Below are positions 27,677 to 37,278 of a stretch of 64,000 nucleotides of DNA, in pieces. The stretch covers positions 64,001 to 128,000 of the forward strand of contig CAWJKT010000010.1 of the NCBI GenBank assembly GCA_963843375.1, written 5' to 3'. The position numbers and the translations under genes are program-made. Within the stretch, counting starts at the first letter, position 1, and each line of letters begins with the position of its first letter. The stretch comes from an uncultured Pseudomonadota bacterium. GTDB taxonomy: Bacteria > Oederibacteriota > Muellerivitia > Muellerivitales > Muellerivitaceae. The notes beneath the pieces were generated by a model that saw only the letters and a program-made list of their open reading frames with translations, had not been told where the DNA came from and searched no databases.

Positions 27677-29131
27677 CTACTCCTTTCCCGCGAGGGACGA
27701 TATGACGGATAACTGCATTAATATCTGAACATTGTTTGAGGCGGCAAGTATATTGGCGTTTAAGGCCTGGAAATTTGCGGTTTGGACTTCCAGGAAACGA
27801 ACTGTTCCCGCTCGATAGGCTCCGTAGGTGAGTTTAGCCAATTCTTGAGTCTCGGACACCGCTGTTTCGTTTAAGTTCTGTTGGTATTCAAGCGACCTTA
27901 AAGAGTCACCAGCCTTGTTCCAGTCGCGCCAAAGGTCGGATCTGGCCTGGTCCAAGTCCTTCAGATAGGCTTCGGATTGTTGGCGTTTGGAATCCGAATC
28001 TTTCAGGATGGTGCCCCAATCAAACAAGGGCATGGTTGCCGATATGGAAATAATGTTTTGTTCTTTTGTTTCCGGTATCACCTGGTCGGCAGGATTCTCA
28101 AAACCAGCTTGGGCTGATAGCGTGATCTTGGGTAAAAGTTCGGAATTTAATGCGTTTGCCGCGAGGCGGGCGGAATCGGCTAGGTAGGCATAGGTCTTGA
28201 GTTGGGGGACCGAGTCGTCGGGAGGAACAGAAGATTCTCTTTGAAGGGGCCCAAGGGTGTCTTTCACCAAATCGGTGGAGAGCCAAGCCGTGGGATCCGG
28301 AATACCTTCTGGGAGGCCCCCTTCCATGTGGCTGTCGAGAGGACGGGTAAAATCGGCCGGTTCCTTTTCTCCCACCAAATCGAATAGATCTCTCAAGGAT
28401 TGGGCCAGATTGGCTTGGGCTTGGATGAACTGCCGCTGATAATTCAAAACTTCCTGGTGAGAGGATAACTGGTCCATCCGACTTGCGGTTCCGAAGCGGG
28501 CTTGGTGGACGATATCGGCGTACTGGGCCTGGGCAACTTTGAGAGAATCACCTAAGAGTCGGACCTGCTCCACGTTGATTTTCATTTGGAAATAAGCCAG
28601 TCTTACCGCCAAACGCAACTGCCTTTGGACGGCAAAATATTGTTGTTCCTGAGATTGGGAAGCCGCCGTAGAGCTGTTGGCCATGTTGTGCTGGGAACGA
28701 AAATCCCATAGGTTCCAGTTCAAGGTGGCCTGGGCGTTCCAGTTGTTGGCTTCACCGAAAGGCAGGTTGTGGATATAGGGCGGAAGGTTAAGATCGGGTA
28801 CAAAGGTTTGGTAGAAGTAAGTTCCACCCACCCCAAGCCGTGGAAACTCCGCTGCGCCCATTGAACCCGCCTCACTTCGAACGGATTCGTAGCTTAATTT
28901 CGCTGATTGAAGCATGGCGGAATTTTGAAAAGCTGTTTGAACCAATTCGGAAAGGAATAAGGCCAAATGGGTCACGGCCGCTTGATTTGGGTTTTTGGAA
29001 GGAGTAAAGGCCTCTTCTTGAGCCCTGGGACTAAAAGGAGCGAGGTTTGTGATTCCAGCGTTGTCGGATCCGGGTTGGCCCCAAACCCGAACAACGAGGA
29101 ACCATAGCAGTAAAGCAAGTTTTTGTTTCAT
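27677..29131 (-). CDS. TolC-family outer-membrane protein
   Basis: Signal peptide, two OEP-like repeats, MPLFDWG, operon context. Confidence 0.85.
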   Translation of the reverse strand: MKQKLALLLWFLVVRVWGQPGSDNAGITNLAPFSPRAQEEAFTPSKNPNQAAVTHLALFLSELVQTAFQNSAMLQSAKLSYESVRSEAGSMGAAEFPRLGVGGTYFYQTFVPDLNLPPYIHNLPFGEANNWNAQATLNWNLWDFRSQHNMANSSTAASQSQEQQYFAVQRQLRLAVRLAYFQMKINVEQVRLLGDSLKVAQAQYADIVHQARFGTASRMDQLSSHQEVLNYQRQFIQAQANLAQSLRDLFDLVGEKEPADFTRPLDSHMEGGLPEGIPDPTAWLSTDLVKDTLGPLQRESSVPPDDSVPQLKTYAYLADSARLAANALNSELLPKITLSAQAGFENPADQVIPETKEQNIISISATMPLFDWGTILKDSDSKRQQSEAYLKDLDQARSDLWRDWNKAGDSLRSLEYQQNLNETAVSETQELAKLTYGAYRAGTVRFLEVQTANFQALNANILAASNNVQILMQLSVISSLAGKE

Positions 29132-29778
29132 TGGTTTTCCAGTCCTTTCTTGGGTGTAAGGGTTTTCAGAATCAAATCTACCCTTGTTTTAATTGCCTTA
29201 TCCGTGGCGACAGCGGTCCTGGCAACAGCAAAGGGGATGAAGCCCAAACGCTTCACTTCAAGGTGTTCCAACATGGCCACCATGATCAGTGGAAAAAGGC
29301 AGGTCCCCATAAGTACCGACATAATGGAGGGAAGCGGCATTTTACGAAGGGAGGCTTCTTTTTGGCATTGTCGCACCAAATCCACAATGGCTAGTCCATG
29401 ACGGGGAACGTTGGTCTTTAAAAAATCAAGAACGACTCGGTTTTTGTTTAACACGTCGTACAGAATGCCCAAGAGCATCCTCCGGTTCGTGCCCACGAAA
29501 CGACCCAAGGTATAAAGGGCCGAACGGAGCCTTTCCAGTGCGGGTCCATCCCCGGAAGTTTCCAGAGAAAATTGCCGGAAAAACTTCTCGTAAGTATCCT
29601 GTAAAACTGAACGGGTAAACTGCTCCTTGGTTTTGAAATGGTAATGGAACATCCCCAGGTTAACACCAGCCTTTTTGGCTACTTGGCGTAGGTTCATTTG
29701 AGACAGGCCGGATTTGTTGAGAAGATTCCTGGCGGCTTCTATGAGCCTTTGGTCGGTGTTTCCGGAAGGTCTCGACAT
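29128..29778 (-). CDS. TetR/AcrR-family regulator
   Basis: HTH LRQVAKKAGVNLGMFHYHFKTKE; first gene of the efflux operon. Confidence 0.9.
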   Translation of the reverse strand: MSRPSGNTDQRLIEAARNLLNKSGLSQMNLRQVAKKAGVNLGMFHYHFKTKEQFTRSVLQDTYEKFFRQFSLETSGDGPALERLRSALYTLGRFVGTNRRMLLGILYDVLNKNRVVLDFLKTNVPRHGLAIVDLVRQCQKEASLRKMPLPSIMSVLMGTCLFPLIMVAMLEHLEVKRLGFIPFAVARTAVATDKAIKTRVDLILKTLTPKKGLENQ

Positions 29779-29806
29779 ATTTTACCTTTTATTTTAATTA
29801 AAACCC

Positions 29807-29836
29807 TATACAGTTGTATAACTATACAACTGTATA
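29807..29836. promoter_or_regulatory. Probable TetR double operator
   Basis: TATACAGTTGTATA-ac-TATACAACTGTATA: inverted repeat made of two 14-bp palindromes, about 30 nt upstream of tetR. Confidence 0.7.
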
Positions 29837-29920
29837 AAAAAAAGAACGTATGATGCAAAGCGTTGTTTCCCCCAACTTTTTTCTTTTTGGGCGGTTTAAA
29901 TCAACTTCAGGAGTCCATCA

Positions 29921-30568
29921 TTAGGGAACTGGTGTTGTCGCGGTTTGCTTGGCCAGTTCGACTGGGCTTGATTTTTCCTTAGCCACCTCGGCTTGGCGTC
30001 GCAAAATTTCATGCCGTACCGCGTTCAACAAGTCCTTTACCCCGCCTCGCATGTAATCGCCTGCGAAAGGAGCGTCAAAATTTTGCTTGGCGTTCAAAGT
30101 GTAAATAATTTCTAATCCCTTGTCTGGGTCTGGAACCAATTGCCAGGAACCCTCGTAAAACTCGAAATCCTTGTGGTCGATATCCGTGAAAATGATCGAT
30201 TGGTACCAGGTCTCATGGACGTCCAGAAGAACATGAACACTTTTGGTGAAAAAGAGGAATCCGCCTTCAAATACCTGCTCTAAAAGGAAATGATAGGGCC
30301 CTAAATCCTCAGTCACATGGCTTTTTTTTAGGCTTCCCACGAATTTTGGAATGTGTTCGTAACCCGTCAAAACATCCCAAACAGATGGGGTGTCATTGGC
30401 GACGTAAAAAGAACCGTTGATGTGGTAAGCGTGATCTTTTTCCTGGAAGTTGAGGGAAACGGCATCAGCGGCTTGGCTTGCGCCGCAGGAGAGAGCGACG
30501 CAAGCGGCCACCATCGCAGCCCCGTGAAAGAGCCGGCGATGAATTCTTTTTCTTTCCATGAGTGTCAT
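29921..30568 (-). CDS. Exported SRPBCC/polyketide-cyclase-family protein
   Basis: Signal peptide (ASQA-AD); VWDVLTGYEHIPKFV, DFEFYEGSWQL. Confidence 0.75.
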   Translation of the reverse strand: MTLMERKRIHRRLFHGAAMVAACVALSCGASQAADAVSLNFQEKDHAYHINGSFYVANDTPSVWDVLTGYEHIPKFVGSLKKSHVTEDLGPYHFLLEQVFEGGFLFFTKSVHVLLDVHETWYQSIIFTDIDHKDFEFYEGSWQLVPDPDKGLEIIYTLNAKQNFDAPFAGDYMRGGVKDLLNAVRHEILRRQAEVAKEKSSPVELAKQTATTPVP

Positions 30569-30586
30569 GGTTTTGGTTCCTTCCCT

Positions 30587-30611
30587 AAAAAAAGGCCCCT
30601 TTGCGGAGGCC
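30587..30611 (-). terminator. Intrinsic terminator after the porin gene
   Basis: Minus strand GGCCTCC-gcaa-AGGGGCC followed by T7. Confidence 0.6.
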
Positions 30612-30673
30612 CTTATTTAGGGGCCCTCAAAGGCCCTTTGCAGGGCTCGAGGGCTCCATTATCCTAATTATTC

Positions 30674-32167
30674 TTAAAAGCTGAACTGGAACATCATACG
30701 GCCGACTGGAACTAAGGGGTTGCGGGTGACCGGGTTCAAGGGGTTGGCGTTGGAAGATTGGCTCGGTTCCTCGGTGAGTACGTACTCGCCGTCTCCGCCA
30801 AAAACTTCCGGCGTATCGATCAGCCACATGGCCTCGGCGATGATCTTGACATCCGGGTTCACCTTGCAAGTAATGGAAGGCAAGGTCAATTCATAGATCG
30901 CTTTGGTTCCCAAGATGGAAGTGGCCCATGGTCCGACCAAATGATCCACAGTTGCTCCCAGTGTTACCGATCCCGAACCGGTGTTCACCATACCCGCATC
31001 GGGGAAGAAAGCGGCGAAGCGGCCCGCAATCACCCAGGGATTGTCCCCAAGGGAGGCCTGGATCTCGCCCCCACCGATGTTAATCGTGCCGCCCGTCACT
31101 ACGTTCGAACCGATAGTTGTGGGGGCGAAGTTAGAGGCTGTAAATTGGGCTGCGTTGGCTTGGGCCTGGACGGTGAAGATCGTGTCACCCACAGGTGCAC
31201 GGAACTCTGCGTCCACGCTGGTCTGCCAGTACTGAGCGGTCACTCGACCATAATTAATCGCGGTTTTGCCCAAGTAGGGATTCCACTCGCCCGACAACAA
31301 GAAGTTGCCGTAATCGTCGGTCGTGGCGCTTCCTACGGTGACGTAGCTGCTTTCCAGGGCTGCGTCGGTGGAGTGTCCGGCGTTGCTGTCATTCAAGTAG
31401 ATCCCGTTCAAGTGGATAGCGAACTGGTTCGCGTCCGGCTTTTCGAAATCGGTCTGCTTGGGGTGCCAAGGGCTGTCCTTGATCCCATCGGTGATTCCCA
31501 AACGAACGAAGGTCATGGGCGGGAAGTTGAAATATTCCGGCAAGTAACGTTGCGGTAGGTCCGCCGCGCCGTCCTCAACCCCCACGATGGCGTCAAAGTC
31601 GCCGCTCTTGCCCGACAATGCGATTCCTTCGTCGTAACCCATTCCGAAGAACATGGTCATGAGTTCGGATTTCTCGGTGAAGAGCAGGTTCGCGTCGTAA
31701 TCGGCGCTTTCCAGGTTGGCCGGTTCACGGAACTGGCCCAACATCACGGAAACGCCTTCCGTCAAGGGAACATTGGCGTCGAATTCCAGAAGGTTAATCT
31801 GGTTATTGGAGGTGGAATAGGCTTCCCCCCCAAAAGCGGTTTCGAAGAAAAAGTCAATTCCCTTATATTTGCCGTCCGCCAAGAGACGGTTCTCCGTGTC
31901 GAACAAGTAAACCCGAGCTTTGTCCCGGAGGGGATCGTCAGCTTCATATTCTAATTCCCCCAGTTCCTGGAAACGCCCGCCCAGGTGTAACGTCAAGTCC
32001 TTGCTTTGAAATAACGAGGCCCCAACCACAGGTGTGGCCTCGTTGACCTCGGTGGCGACCGGGGTCACCGCCGGTGTATCCGTAGGCTTAACTTCATCCG
32101 CGTAGCTGAAGGCCCGAAAGCCCAACAACAACATGGCGGCCATCAAAAGTCTTTTTACAGTCTTCAT
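30674..32167 (-). CDS. Outer-membrane beta-barrel / porin-like protein
   Basis: SD GAGGAG, signal peptide MKTVKRLL...SYA-DE, amphipathic strands, C-terminal MMFQFSF. Confidence 0.7.
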   Translation of the reverse strand: MKTVKRLLMAAMLLLGFRAFSYADEVKPTDTPAVTPVATEVNEATPVVGASLFQSKDLTLHLGGRFQELGELEYEADDPLRDKARVYLFDTENRLLADGKYKGIDFFFETAFGGEAYSTSNNQINLLEFDANVPLTEGVSVMLGQFREPANLESADYDANLLFTEKSELMTMFFGMGYDEGIALSGKSGDFDAIVGVEDGAADLPQRYLPEYFNFPPMTFVRLGITDGIKDSPWHPKQTDFEKPDANQFAIHLNGIYLNDSNAGHSTDAALESSYVTVGSATTDDYGNFLLSGEWNPYLGKTAINYGRVTAQYWQTSVDAEFRAPVGDTIFTVQAQANAAQFTASNFAPTTIGSNVVTGGTINIGGGEIQASLGDNPWVIAGRFAAFFPDAGMVNTGSGSVTLGATVDHLVGPWATSILGTKAIYELTLPSITCKVNPDVKIIAEAMWLIDTPEVFGGDGEYVLTEEPSQSSNANPLNPVTRNPLVPVGRMMFQFSF

Positions 32168-32267
32168 AATATTTCTCCTCCTTTTTTTAAAAAAACTCTT
32201 CTTTTTACTCCCGATCCATTCCCCATCCCGACGCCGAAGATCGTAGTTCGGCACGGGAATTTCACTC

Positions 32268-32969
32268 TCAGTTACCCGTTTCCTGAATCCCAAGTTTGAT
32301 CACGTAATGGACGACGATTTTGTTGTCCACGTTCATGACCAGCGCCATGCTATAGGGTGACACTCCATAATCCTTTTGGAGGATATCTTGGTTTCCGTAA
32401 AGCACTAAACCCTCCGGTCCGTTGAGCAGGGTAGCCTCAAGGACAATGTCCCTTTCCTGTCCGGCTATTTTCATCTTGCCTTGGGCAAGGATGGCATAGA
32501 CGCCCGGTGTGCCGGGGAAGGGCTTGACCACGTAGTCGTTCATCTTGAAGACGATGTCGGGAAAATCCTTGGCCTTCAAGGTATTGGCGGCGTTCTTGTC
32601 CATTCCATCTTCACCCGATTTCAGACCTGCAATAGGAACTGTCACGGTGAGATTGTGAATCTTCCGGTCAAGGATCAAGGATAAGAGACTTTTATCTTTG
32701 GGGTCGGACTTGTCCACTTCGCTGGTAGCGGAAACCTGCGTAGCGTTGAAATAAAAACGGTGCACAGTAGAGTTGCCTTCCAACCAAAGCTCCGTACCAG
32801 CCTTAAAATCCAGAGCTGGCTTTCCGGATTTGGCGTCGATTGGCCCTGCAACCGGCGTCGTGAGATAAACGGTTTTGGCCTTGCTTTCCGCATCATCCGC
32901 CCGAAGGGCCGATGATAAGGGAAGGGATAAAGCCAAGACCGAAAGCACTGCAAGTTGAATCTTTTTCAT
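32268..32969 (-). CDS. Exported YceI-family protein 1
   Basis: Signal peptide; LEGNSTVH, VPIAGLKSG...MD...LKAKDFPDIVF, GKMKIAG, DYGVSP. Confidence 0.8.
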   Translation of the reverse strand: MKKIQLAVLSVLALSLPLSSALRADDAESKAKTVYLTTPVAGPIDAKSGKPALDFKAGTELWLEGNSTVHRFYFNATQVSATSEVDKSDPKDKSLLSLILDRKIHNLTVTVPIAGLKSGEDGMDKNAANTLKAKDFPDIVFKMNDYVVKPFPGTPGVYAILAQGKMKIAGQERDIVLEATLLNGPEGLVLYGNQDILQKDYGVSPYSMALVMNVDNKIVVHYVIKLGIQETGN

Positions 32970-33037
32970 TTTTTCTCTCCTCGTAAAATTAACTTCATTT
33001 ACCACGCGCATCATGCCGATGATTCCAAATTTTCTTT

Positions 33038-33051
33038 ATGAGCTTAGTCAT
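33038..33051. promoter_or_regulatory. Crp/Fnr-type box TATGA-gcttag-TCATA
   Basis: Upstream of yceI1-porin; CATGAT on the minus strand from 33015 (29.5 nt). Confidence 0.75.
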
Positions 33052-33250
33052 ATAAAAAAACTTTTTCGGTTTACATCCATCGACATTGATTCCTAGAGCA
33101 AGGGAAATGCCACTTCAAAGAACCTAATAAAAGGCGATTTAAAAAAGAATCCATTGGTTCAATTAGGGCATTGTGGTACCAACACCATAGCGTGAGCGCC
33201 ATAGACCAAAGGAGTTTTCGGCCTTTTCCTAGAATTCGAGAATTATCAAT

Positions 33251-33264
33251 ATGAGCGGCGTCAT
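33251..33264. promoter_or_regulatory. Crp/Fnr-type box TATGA-gcggcg-TCATA
   Basis: Upstream of the cNMP-domain gene; GACAAT at 33286 (28.5 nt). Confidence 0.75.
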
Positions 33265-33322
33265 ATGGGGGAGCATGAAAAAGCGGACAATGAATTCAGG
33301 ATATTAACCAAGGAGAATCGAA

Positions 33323-33823
33323 ATGCCGAACTTGGAACAAAGAATGACCAAGCACCCATTTTTAAGAAGCATCCCCGGCGATAACATTCGTCTTTTGGCG
33401 GAAGATACAACGCCGATGATATTCAAGCCGGGTGAAATGGTTTTTCGCCGGGGGATGAATGCCAATCATCTTTTCCTGGTGGAAAAGGGAATCGTTCTAG
33501 TGGGTTTGCTAAAATCCGAATCTGGAGGGCCCTTGACCATTGCGACGGTTACAAAAGGGGGCAGTTTGGGTTGGTCCTGGGCCTTTGAGCCTTATCGCTG
33601 GAAGTTTGATGCAAAGGCCAAGACTCGGGTGGAGGTTCTGGCGTTGGAAGGAAAACCCCTTCTCGCCAAGATGGGGAGGTATCCGCTTTTAGGATATGAA
33701 CTCATGAGTCACTTGGCGCTCTCACTATCCAAGGGTTTGGAAGCTACCCGCCACCAGTTAATCAAGCTTCATCACCGGAAGTCAAAAACCGACTTGATCT
33801 ATTTGCAGCAACCGTTATTTTAA
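33323..33823 (+). CDS. Stand-alone cyclic-nucleotide-binding-fold protein (no HTH)
   Basis: FKPGEMVFRRG..ANHLFLVEKG, LGWSWAFEPYRWKFDAKA; SD AAGGAG. Confidence 0.8.
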   Translation: MPNLEQRMTKHPFLRSIPGDNIRLLAEDTTPMIFKPGEMVFRRGMNANHLFLVEKGIVLVGLLKSESGGPLTIATVTKGGSLGWSWAFEPYRWKFDAKAKTRVEVLALEGKPLLAKMGRYPLLGYELMSHLALSLSKGLEATRHQLIKLHHRKSKTDLIYLQQPLF

Positions 33824-33884
33824 GGGGTTCTAAGAAACATACATTACTTGGAATTTTGGTTTCTTATGCGGACGCAGGGACTAC

Positions 33885-34628
33885 TTATTCTACGGGCGGC
33901 GCAAAAACGAGGTCATAATGGATTTCGATTTCGTCCGTGCAACTTATGGAAGTCCCTTGAATTGAAATTGAAGGCAATTTCACCCCGTAATCGGACATTT
34001 TGAGCTTTTGAATTCCCTTCAAATGAATTTTGGCATCTTTGATTTCAATTATCGGGGACATTGTAATGGGAAGTGTTATTCCAGCAATCTTTAGGTTCCC
34101 AGTCGCCATCATGAGATTTCCTTTTAGGGTTTCACTTTCCAGATCGAATTCAATGGATGGATTTTCCTTGGAATGCAGGGCATTATAAACATTATTGTCC
34201 AAAGCCGTTTTCTTTGATTTCAAATTGCCCACAGGGACGACTAAAACCATCGAATCCACCCCATTGTTTTTGAGCGCTTCGGTCAATTCCGTCTTGGGTT
34301 CTTTCAACGACCCTGACGCTAAAAGAACAGTGGCATTTAAATGGTACTTGTGAACCTTATTTGAGTTCATTTGGTATTTGTAAAATATGGAATCCCCTTC
34401 CAAGTAAAGAAAACTACCCGTCTGGAGGACCAAGTCCGTTTTCACTGTGGGATCAACAGGTCCAACAGACTGGGCTGCACTCTCGTACCAATGTGGTGCT
34501 CCTGGCTTGAGCTGATTGTTGGCGTTTGGAGTCGTCAACGGGTTAACCTGGCTGTCAGCTAAAACGTTTAGAGTCGCGGCCGTTACGAACCCCGTCATGG
34601 CGAACCGTAGTAATAATGATTTCGTCAT
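33885..34628 (-). CDS. Exported YceI-family protein 2
   Basis: Paralogue of 32268..32969: LEGDS, VPVGNLKS..LD...ENPSIEF, GNLKIAG, MSDYGVKLP. Confidence 0.8.
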   Translation of the reverse strand: MTKSLLLRFAMTGFVTAATLNVLADSQVNPLTTPNANNQLKPGAPHWYESAAQSVGPVDPTVKTDLVLQTGSFLYLEGDSIFYKYQMNSNKVHKYHLNATVLLASGSLKEPKTELTEALKNNGVDSMVLVVPVGNLKSKKTALDNNVYNALHSKENPSIEFDLESETLKGNLMMATGNLKIAGITLPITMSPIIEIKDAKIHLKGIQKLKMSDYGVKLPSISIQGTSISCTDEIEIHYDLVFAPPVE

Positions 34629-34716
34629 CGCATGCCTCCCTTTAACGAATCGATATCGAGTGAATAATTTTATTTATTAAGCATTCAAATCATGCCAGTC
34701 TCCCTGGATTTTTATT

Positions 34717-34730
34717 ATGACTTAGAGCAC
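34717..34730. promoter_or_regulatory. Crp/Fnr-type box variant TATGA-cttaga-GCACA
   Basis: Upstream of yceI2; CATGAT on the minus strand from 34694 (29.5 nt), same as at yceI1. Confidence 0.55.
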
Positions 34731-34798
34731 AAAAAAATAATTTTAAGCGCTTAAAACGGCAGTAAAAACAACCCGATAAAAAAAGAAATTGAAAAAAT

Positions 34799-34812
34799 AT
34801 GATCCCAATCAT
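34799..34812. promoter_or_regulatory. Crp/Fnr-type box AATATGAT-ccca-ATCATATT
   Basis: Upstream of the kinase-like gene; 8-bp arms. Confidence 0.7.
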
Positions 34813-34879
34813 ATTGGCGTTCCCCGTTTGGAGCATCATAGCTTTGTAAAGGTTTCCCAATTCAGGTGGAGGAAAATTC

Positions 34880-36259
34880 GTGGAGCCATTTTGGGGGGAA
34901 GGAATCTATGTAAAAAAAGGCGGATGGTTTATCGGCTTAAGATGGATTGCGGTCGCCGGCGGACTTTTGATTCTGATAGTCGCTCCTTTTTTAGTTCCCT
35001 TGGATGTTAAGTATGAAAGATTATCGACTGTTCTTCTCTTTGGCGGGTTTTTGAACGGGGTTTATTATTGGTATTGGAATCATTTAAAGCGTATAGGTCT
35101 TTCCCAAACCGAATGGACCAAAAAGGTGGAATGGTTTCTTCATATTCAAATGGGTGGGGATCTCTTGGCTCTTACCCTTTTGCTTTTATTCAGCGGTGGA
35201 TCCAATAATCCTCTGATTTTTTTCTACCTTTTCCATCTCGCTATTGGGGCCATTCTTTTCGACCGGGTGCAAAGCCTGCCCTATGCCCTGGCTGCTTTGG
35301 CCATCCCTTGGCTACTCTACTGGGTGGAACCCTTGACTAATCCAACTCAAAATCTTTGGAAAGGACTCGGAGAAATCCAGCCAGAGCATCAAAAGGCCAT
35401 CTTGTTGGCCTACTCCCTGACGGTTGCCGGCCTTTGGTTTTTCCTCACGAACCTGGCGGAAGACTTGAGGGGAAAGGAACGGAATCTTTGGGAGACGGGA
35501 GAAAAACTTCATATCGCCAATACCGAATTGAAAGAATTGGATATTTTTAAAAACCGGTTTTTAAAACAAGTGGTCATGCAAGTCAAGGACCCCTTGATGG
35601 AACTGGGATTGGAATTGGGTAAAGTCGAAAAGAACATTGCGGGTTCGGATGAAATCGCTTCGAGGGCGATTGAGATGGCCAAAAAACAGATTTGGGTTCT
35701 CTTGCAGTTGATTGAAGATTTAGTTTGGATTTCCAGAACTCGGGCCCAGGACAACTCCTTCAAACGTGATTGGGTGGATGTTTACGAAACTTTAAGAAAG
35801 TGCATTCAGGCAAAAGAGGAGCAGGCAGGAAAAAAGGGAATCCATTTTTTACTTCACGGGGAGCCTCAGGTCCGTTTGAGAGCGGATCCAGAGTCTTTTC
35901 AAAAAGCCGCGGATAATTTGATCGCCAATGCCGTCCAATATACACCGGAAGGTTGGGGCGATATTCTTGTAGAGTTCAAAATTGAGGGAGATTGGTTGGA
36001 ATTTGCCGTCGAAGACCACGGAATCGGTATTTCACCCAAGAATCAGAAAAATTTGTTTCAGGAGTTCTACCGTGGTTCCAATGCCAAAAGACAAGAAAAG
36101 TTCGGAACGGGACTGGGCCTTTCAATCGTCAAATCAATAATTAATCTGCATGGAGGAAAAATCCAAGTACGAAGCGAACCCAAAAAGGGAACGAGAGTGG
36201 ATACTTGGTGGCCGCACGTTCATGATGAGGCAAGTCCGGAACCGACAAAAATCAACTAG
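34880..36259 (+). CDS. Membrane sensor histidine-kinase-like protein lacking the H-box His
   Basis: Several TM helices; N box NLIANAVQY, G1 DHGIGI, F box LFQEFY, G2 GTGLGL; H-box region reads FLKQVVMQVKDPL. Confidence 0.8.
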   Translation: MEPFWGEGIYVKKGGWFIGLRWIAVAGGLLILIVAPFLVPLDVKYERLSTVLLFGGFLNGVYYWYWNHLKRIGLSQTEWTKKVEWFLHIQMGGDLLALTLLLLFSGGSNNPLIFFYLFHLAIGAILFDRVQSLPYALAALAIPWLLYWVEPLTNPTQNLWKGLGEIQPEHQKAILLAYSLTVAGLWFFLTNLAEDLRGKERNLWETGEKLHIANTELKELDIFKNRFLKQVVMQVKDPLMELGLELGKVEKNIAGSDEIASRAIEMAKKQIWVLLQLIEDLVWISRTRAQDNSFKRDWVDVYETLRKCIQAKEEQAGKKGIHFLLHGEPQVRLRADPESFQKAADNLIANAVQYTPEGWGDILVEFKIEGDWLEFAVEDHGIGISPKNQKNLFQEFYRGSNAKRQEKFGTGLGLSIVKSIINLHGGKIQVRSEPKKGTRVDTWWPHVHDEASPEPTKIN

Positions 36260-37278
36260 GTTCGGTTAATTAGGGCGTCCCCCATTTGCAAAACAGCGGC
36301 TCCCTCCAGGCGTCCTGCGCGAAGATCCGCAAGGGCTTCGTTGGCTTTACTCAAAGGATAAACCTTGACATGGGTTTTGATGGGAATTTGGGGTGCCAGT
36401 TTCAGGAATTCCTCGCCGTCTTGCCGGGTTAGATTCGCGACGGACCGGATTTGCCGCTCGCCCCATAAAATGGAATAAGGGAAAGAAGGAATGTCACTCA
36501 TGTGTATGCCCGCACATACGACTATTCCGCCCTTGACGACCGCTCGAAGAGCCAGAGGAACCAATTCTCCCACCGGGGCGAAAATAATGGCGGCATCCAG
36601 TAATTTTGGCGGTTTTTTCGCCGATTCTCCCACCCAATCCGCTCCGAGTTCTTTTGCAAAGGCCTGATTTTCACTATTGCCAGGACGGGTGAAGACATAA
36701 ACTTCACGATTTTGGTGCTTCGCAACTTGGATTAAAAGATGAGCCGACGCGCCGAATCCGTAAAACCCCAATCTTTTTCCTTCCCCTGCCATCCGAAGGG
36801 CCCGGTAGCCGATCAAACCAGCGCATAACAAGGGCGCCGCTTGAAGATCGGGATAACTTGGAGGAATCGGAAAAGTGAAATTTTGATCTGCCAGGCAATA
36901 TTCGGCAAAGCCACCATCCAATTGGTATCCCGTGTAGCGGGCAAGGTCGCACAAGTTTTCCTTCCCGGCCATGCAATAATCGCAAGTTCCGCAACTTCCT
37001 CCCAGCCATGGGACGCCAACTCGTTCACCCATTTTAAAGGCCACTACCCCGGGACCTAAGCCTTCCACCACTCCGACGATTTGATGACCAGGGACCAGCG
37101 GCAACTTCGGCTCTTTCAAGTCGCCATCCAACAAATGAAGGTCGGTGCGACAAACCCCGCAAGCCTTGATCTGGACAAGTACTTGACCGGCAAGGGGAAT
37201 AGGTTTGGGAAGGACAACCGGTTTTAATGGTTTTCCAACGGAATCTAGAACCATAGCATTCATGAAGGGGCGATCCAT
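36256..37278 (-). CDS. Zinc-dependent alcohol dehydrogenase family protein
   Basis: CGVCRTDLH, PGHQIVG, CGTCDYCMAGKENLC, APLLCAG, YGFGASA. Confidence 0.9.
   Translation of the reverse strand: MDRPFMNAMVLDSVGKPLKPVVLPKPIPLAGQVLVQIKACGVCRTDLHLLDGDLKEPKLPLVPGHQIVGVVEGLGPGVVAFKMGERVGVPWLGGSCGTCDYCMAGKENLCDLARYTGYQLDGGFAEYCLADQNFTFPIPPSYPDLQAAPLLCAGLIGYRALRMAGEGKRLGFYGFGASAHLLIQVAKHQNREVYVFTRPGNSENQAFAKELGADWVGESAKKPPKLLDAAIIFAPVGELVPLALRAVVKGGIVVCAGIHMSDIPSFPYSILWGERQIRSVANLTRQDGEEFLKLAPQIPIKTHVKVYPLSKANEALADLRAGRLEGAAVLQMGDALINRT

Noticed and set aside
30758..31558. Long antisense ORFs (also 3490..4575, 2893..3477, 1760..2359, 63180..63746)
   Set aside because: Shadows of well-supported genes on the opposite strand
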